Made by a program: the position numbers and the translations under genes. Below are positions 62,563 to 64,000 of a stretch of 64,000 nt of DNA, in pieces (position 1 is the first letter of the stretch; each line of letters starts with the position of its first letter). Source of the DNA: Gammaproteobacteria bacterium (lineage in GTDB: Bacteria; Pseudomonadota; Gammaproteobacteria; Poriferisulfidales; GCA-002705445); the NCBI GenBank assembly GCA_018675635.1, contig JABGXU010000008.1, positions 2,544-66,543 on the forward strand, given 5' to 3'. The notes under the pieces were generated by a model, which was not told the origin of the DNA, did no database searches, and saw nothing but the letters and a program-made list of their open reading frames with translations.

Positions 62563-63737
62563 TTTAAGATTGTACAAGATTTCTTGTATATCGTATCTAG
62601 AATATTTAACAAATAATCAATATCTGATTCCTCATGATCAACAGTTAATGAAATTCTTAATCTAGCTTTACCTTCTTCAACAGTGGGGGGCCTAATAGCT
62701 GGTAAATATATGCCATGCTTTAATAATTTCTCACTTACATATAAAGCCTTTTTAGTATCGCAGATTAAAATAATCTGAATTTGTGAATCGCTATTTAAAA
62801 CCTGATAATCCATAGATCTTATATTTTTTCTAAAATATTTAATTAAAGAAAATAATTTTTCTCTCCTCCATGTCTCATTCTTAATAATTTTTAAAGACCT
62901 TCTGGTTGCCTCAACAGCATTTGCAGGAAGCGAAGTAGAATATATATAGCTTCTTGATTTCTGCATAACATACTCAACATAATCAGATCTTCCTGAAAAA
63001 AAAGCTCCAAACGTACCAAATGATTTGCCAAATGTTCCTGTTATAAAAATATTTTTTTTATTATTTAATTTTAGATTATTAACAATCCCTCTTCCATCTT
63101 TACCATGAACTCCTAAAGCATGAGCTTCATCAATTAATAATAATGCTTTGTATTTGTTAGCTTTGGTATTTATTTTTTTTATTTCAGCAATATCACCGTC
63201 CATACTAAACAAAGAATCGCTTATTATTAATTTTTTTTTATTTTTATCTAATGAGGACAATACATGTTCTAAATCATTAATATCACTATGTTTATAGCGT
63301 TTAAAAATTGCTCTAGATAAAATAGAGCCATCTATTAGGGAAGCATGGTTAAGTTGATCTGAAATGATATTATCACTCCTACTAACCAGTGATTTAATTA
63401 CTCCTAAATTAGCTTGATAACCAGTAGAAAATAGTAAAGTTTTTTCTTGCCCTAGAAAATCTGAAAGTTCTTCCTCTAGTTTATAATGTGCCTTTGTAAA
63501 ACCGGATATAAGCGCTGATGAACTTGTGCTATAACCATATTTTTCTAGTGCCTTCTTTGCACTATTTATGACTCTTTTATCATTTGATAAGGAAAGATAA
63601 TCATTGCTAGCAAATGAAAGATATTCTTTTTTTTTGTAGATAAAAATGTGTGAATTTCCAGAATCTCTAGGCCTTCTGACTCTATAATTATTAGATAACT
63701 TAAGGTCTTTAAGTTTATTTTTTATAAATTTATCCAA
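62559..63737 (-). CDS. bioF: 8-amino-7-oxononanoate synthase
   Basis: Class-II aminotransferase with the PLP-lysine region STGYQAN...FGKSFG. Adjacent to bioB. Confidence 0.8.
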   Translation of the reverse strand: MDKFIKNKLKDLKLSNNYRVRRPRDSGNSHIFIYKKKEYLSFASNDYLSLSNDKRVINSAKKALEKYGYSTSSSALISGFTKAHYKLEEELSDFLGQEKTLLFSTGYQANLGVIKSLVSRSDNIISDQLNHASLIDGSILSRAIFKRYKHSDINDLEHVLSSLDKNKKKLIISDSLFSMDGDIAEIKKINTKANKYKALLLIDEAHALGVHGKDGRGIVNNLKLNNKKNIFITGTFGKSFGTFGAFFSGRSDYVEYVMQKSRSYIYSTSLPANAVEATRRSLKIIKNETWRREKLFSLIKYFRKNIRSMDYQVLNSDSQIQIILICDTKKALYVSEKLLKHGIYLPAIRPPTVEEGKARLRISLTVDHEESDIDYLLNILDTIYKKSCTILK

Positions 63738-63757
63738 ATTTTATAACCAGTGATTGA

Positions 63758-64000
63758 TTAATTTATTAACTTTAAATTATAAGTATTTTGTTTTTTATCT
63801 AAATCTAGCGCTTTTTCTTTATTTAATTTGTTTATTTGTTTAGTTTCGCCTTCTATTTTCATACCCAAATTATTAAATAATTTTCTATCTTCCTCTACCT
63901 CTACATTTGGTGCAGTTAAAAGCTCTTCCCCATAAAAAACTGAATTTCCTCCTGCATAAAAACATAATGCTTGCATTGAATCTGTCATTGATTCTCTGCC
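63758..64000 (-). CDS. bioB: Biotin synthase, C-terminal part (5' end lies beyond the window)
   Basis: [23 protein letters not shown] is colinear with the E. coli BioB C-terminus. The frame stays open to the window edge. Confidence 0.7.
   Translation of the reverse strand, partial: GRESMTDSMQALCFYAGGNSVFYGEELLTAPNVEVEEDRKLFNNLGMKIEGETKQINKLNKEKALDLDKKQNTYNLKLIN

Overview
The window is a strongly AT-rich chromosomal segment (by eye roughly 30% GC; not computed) from a gammaproteobacterium. Gene order closely follows Pseudomonas-type core synteny. Conserved blocks include lptM-lysA-dapF-DUF484-xerC, ubiE-ubiJ-ubiB, gmk-rpoZ-spoT-ridA-recG, cc4-dsbA / engB / polA / thrB, glnK-amtB, ispB / rplU-rpmA-obg-proB / rpsT / murJ-ribF-ileS-lspA-ispH, and coaBC-dut-algC-argB. 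I call about 75 protein genes and one tRNA (Arg-CCG). Most are housekeeping: chaperonins, DNA replication and repair, ubiquinone, heme, Lys/Arg/Pro/biotin biosynthesis, translation, a TRAP transporter, the stringent response and nitrogen control. I found no transposase, phage integrase, CRISPR array, restriction-modification or toxin gene cluster, or secondary-metabolite genes. I cannot honestly point to a large novel system. The things worth a second look are: (i) regulatory architecture readable in the DNA (a near-perfect CIRCE/HrcA operator overlapping a sigma70 promoter at groESL, and a sigma54 -24/-12 element plus an NtrC-like dyad at glnK-amtB); (ii) three short, well-supported but untracked ORFs (a 30-aa and a 25-aa single-TM peptide, and the LptM lipoprotein); (iii) a lone HNH nuclease gene; (iv) an unrecognisable multi-TM protein co-oriented with a TRAP substrate-binding-protein gene, whose 3' end carries a 41-bp tandem duplication that creates a premature stop; (v) in-frame micro tandem duplications inside amtB and dapF and a K/E/T/P-repeat small protein; (vi) a DUF971 homolog that appears to have lost its Cys ligands; (vii) a lone pstS with Pho-box-like repeats upstream. 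All functional calls come from motif and synteny recognition by eye. No database search was run.
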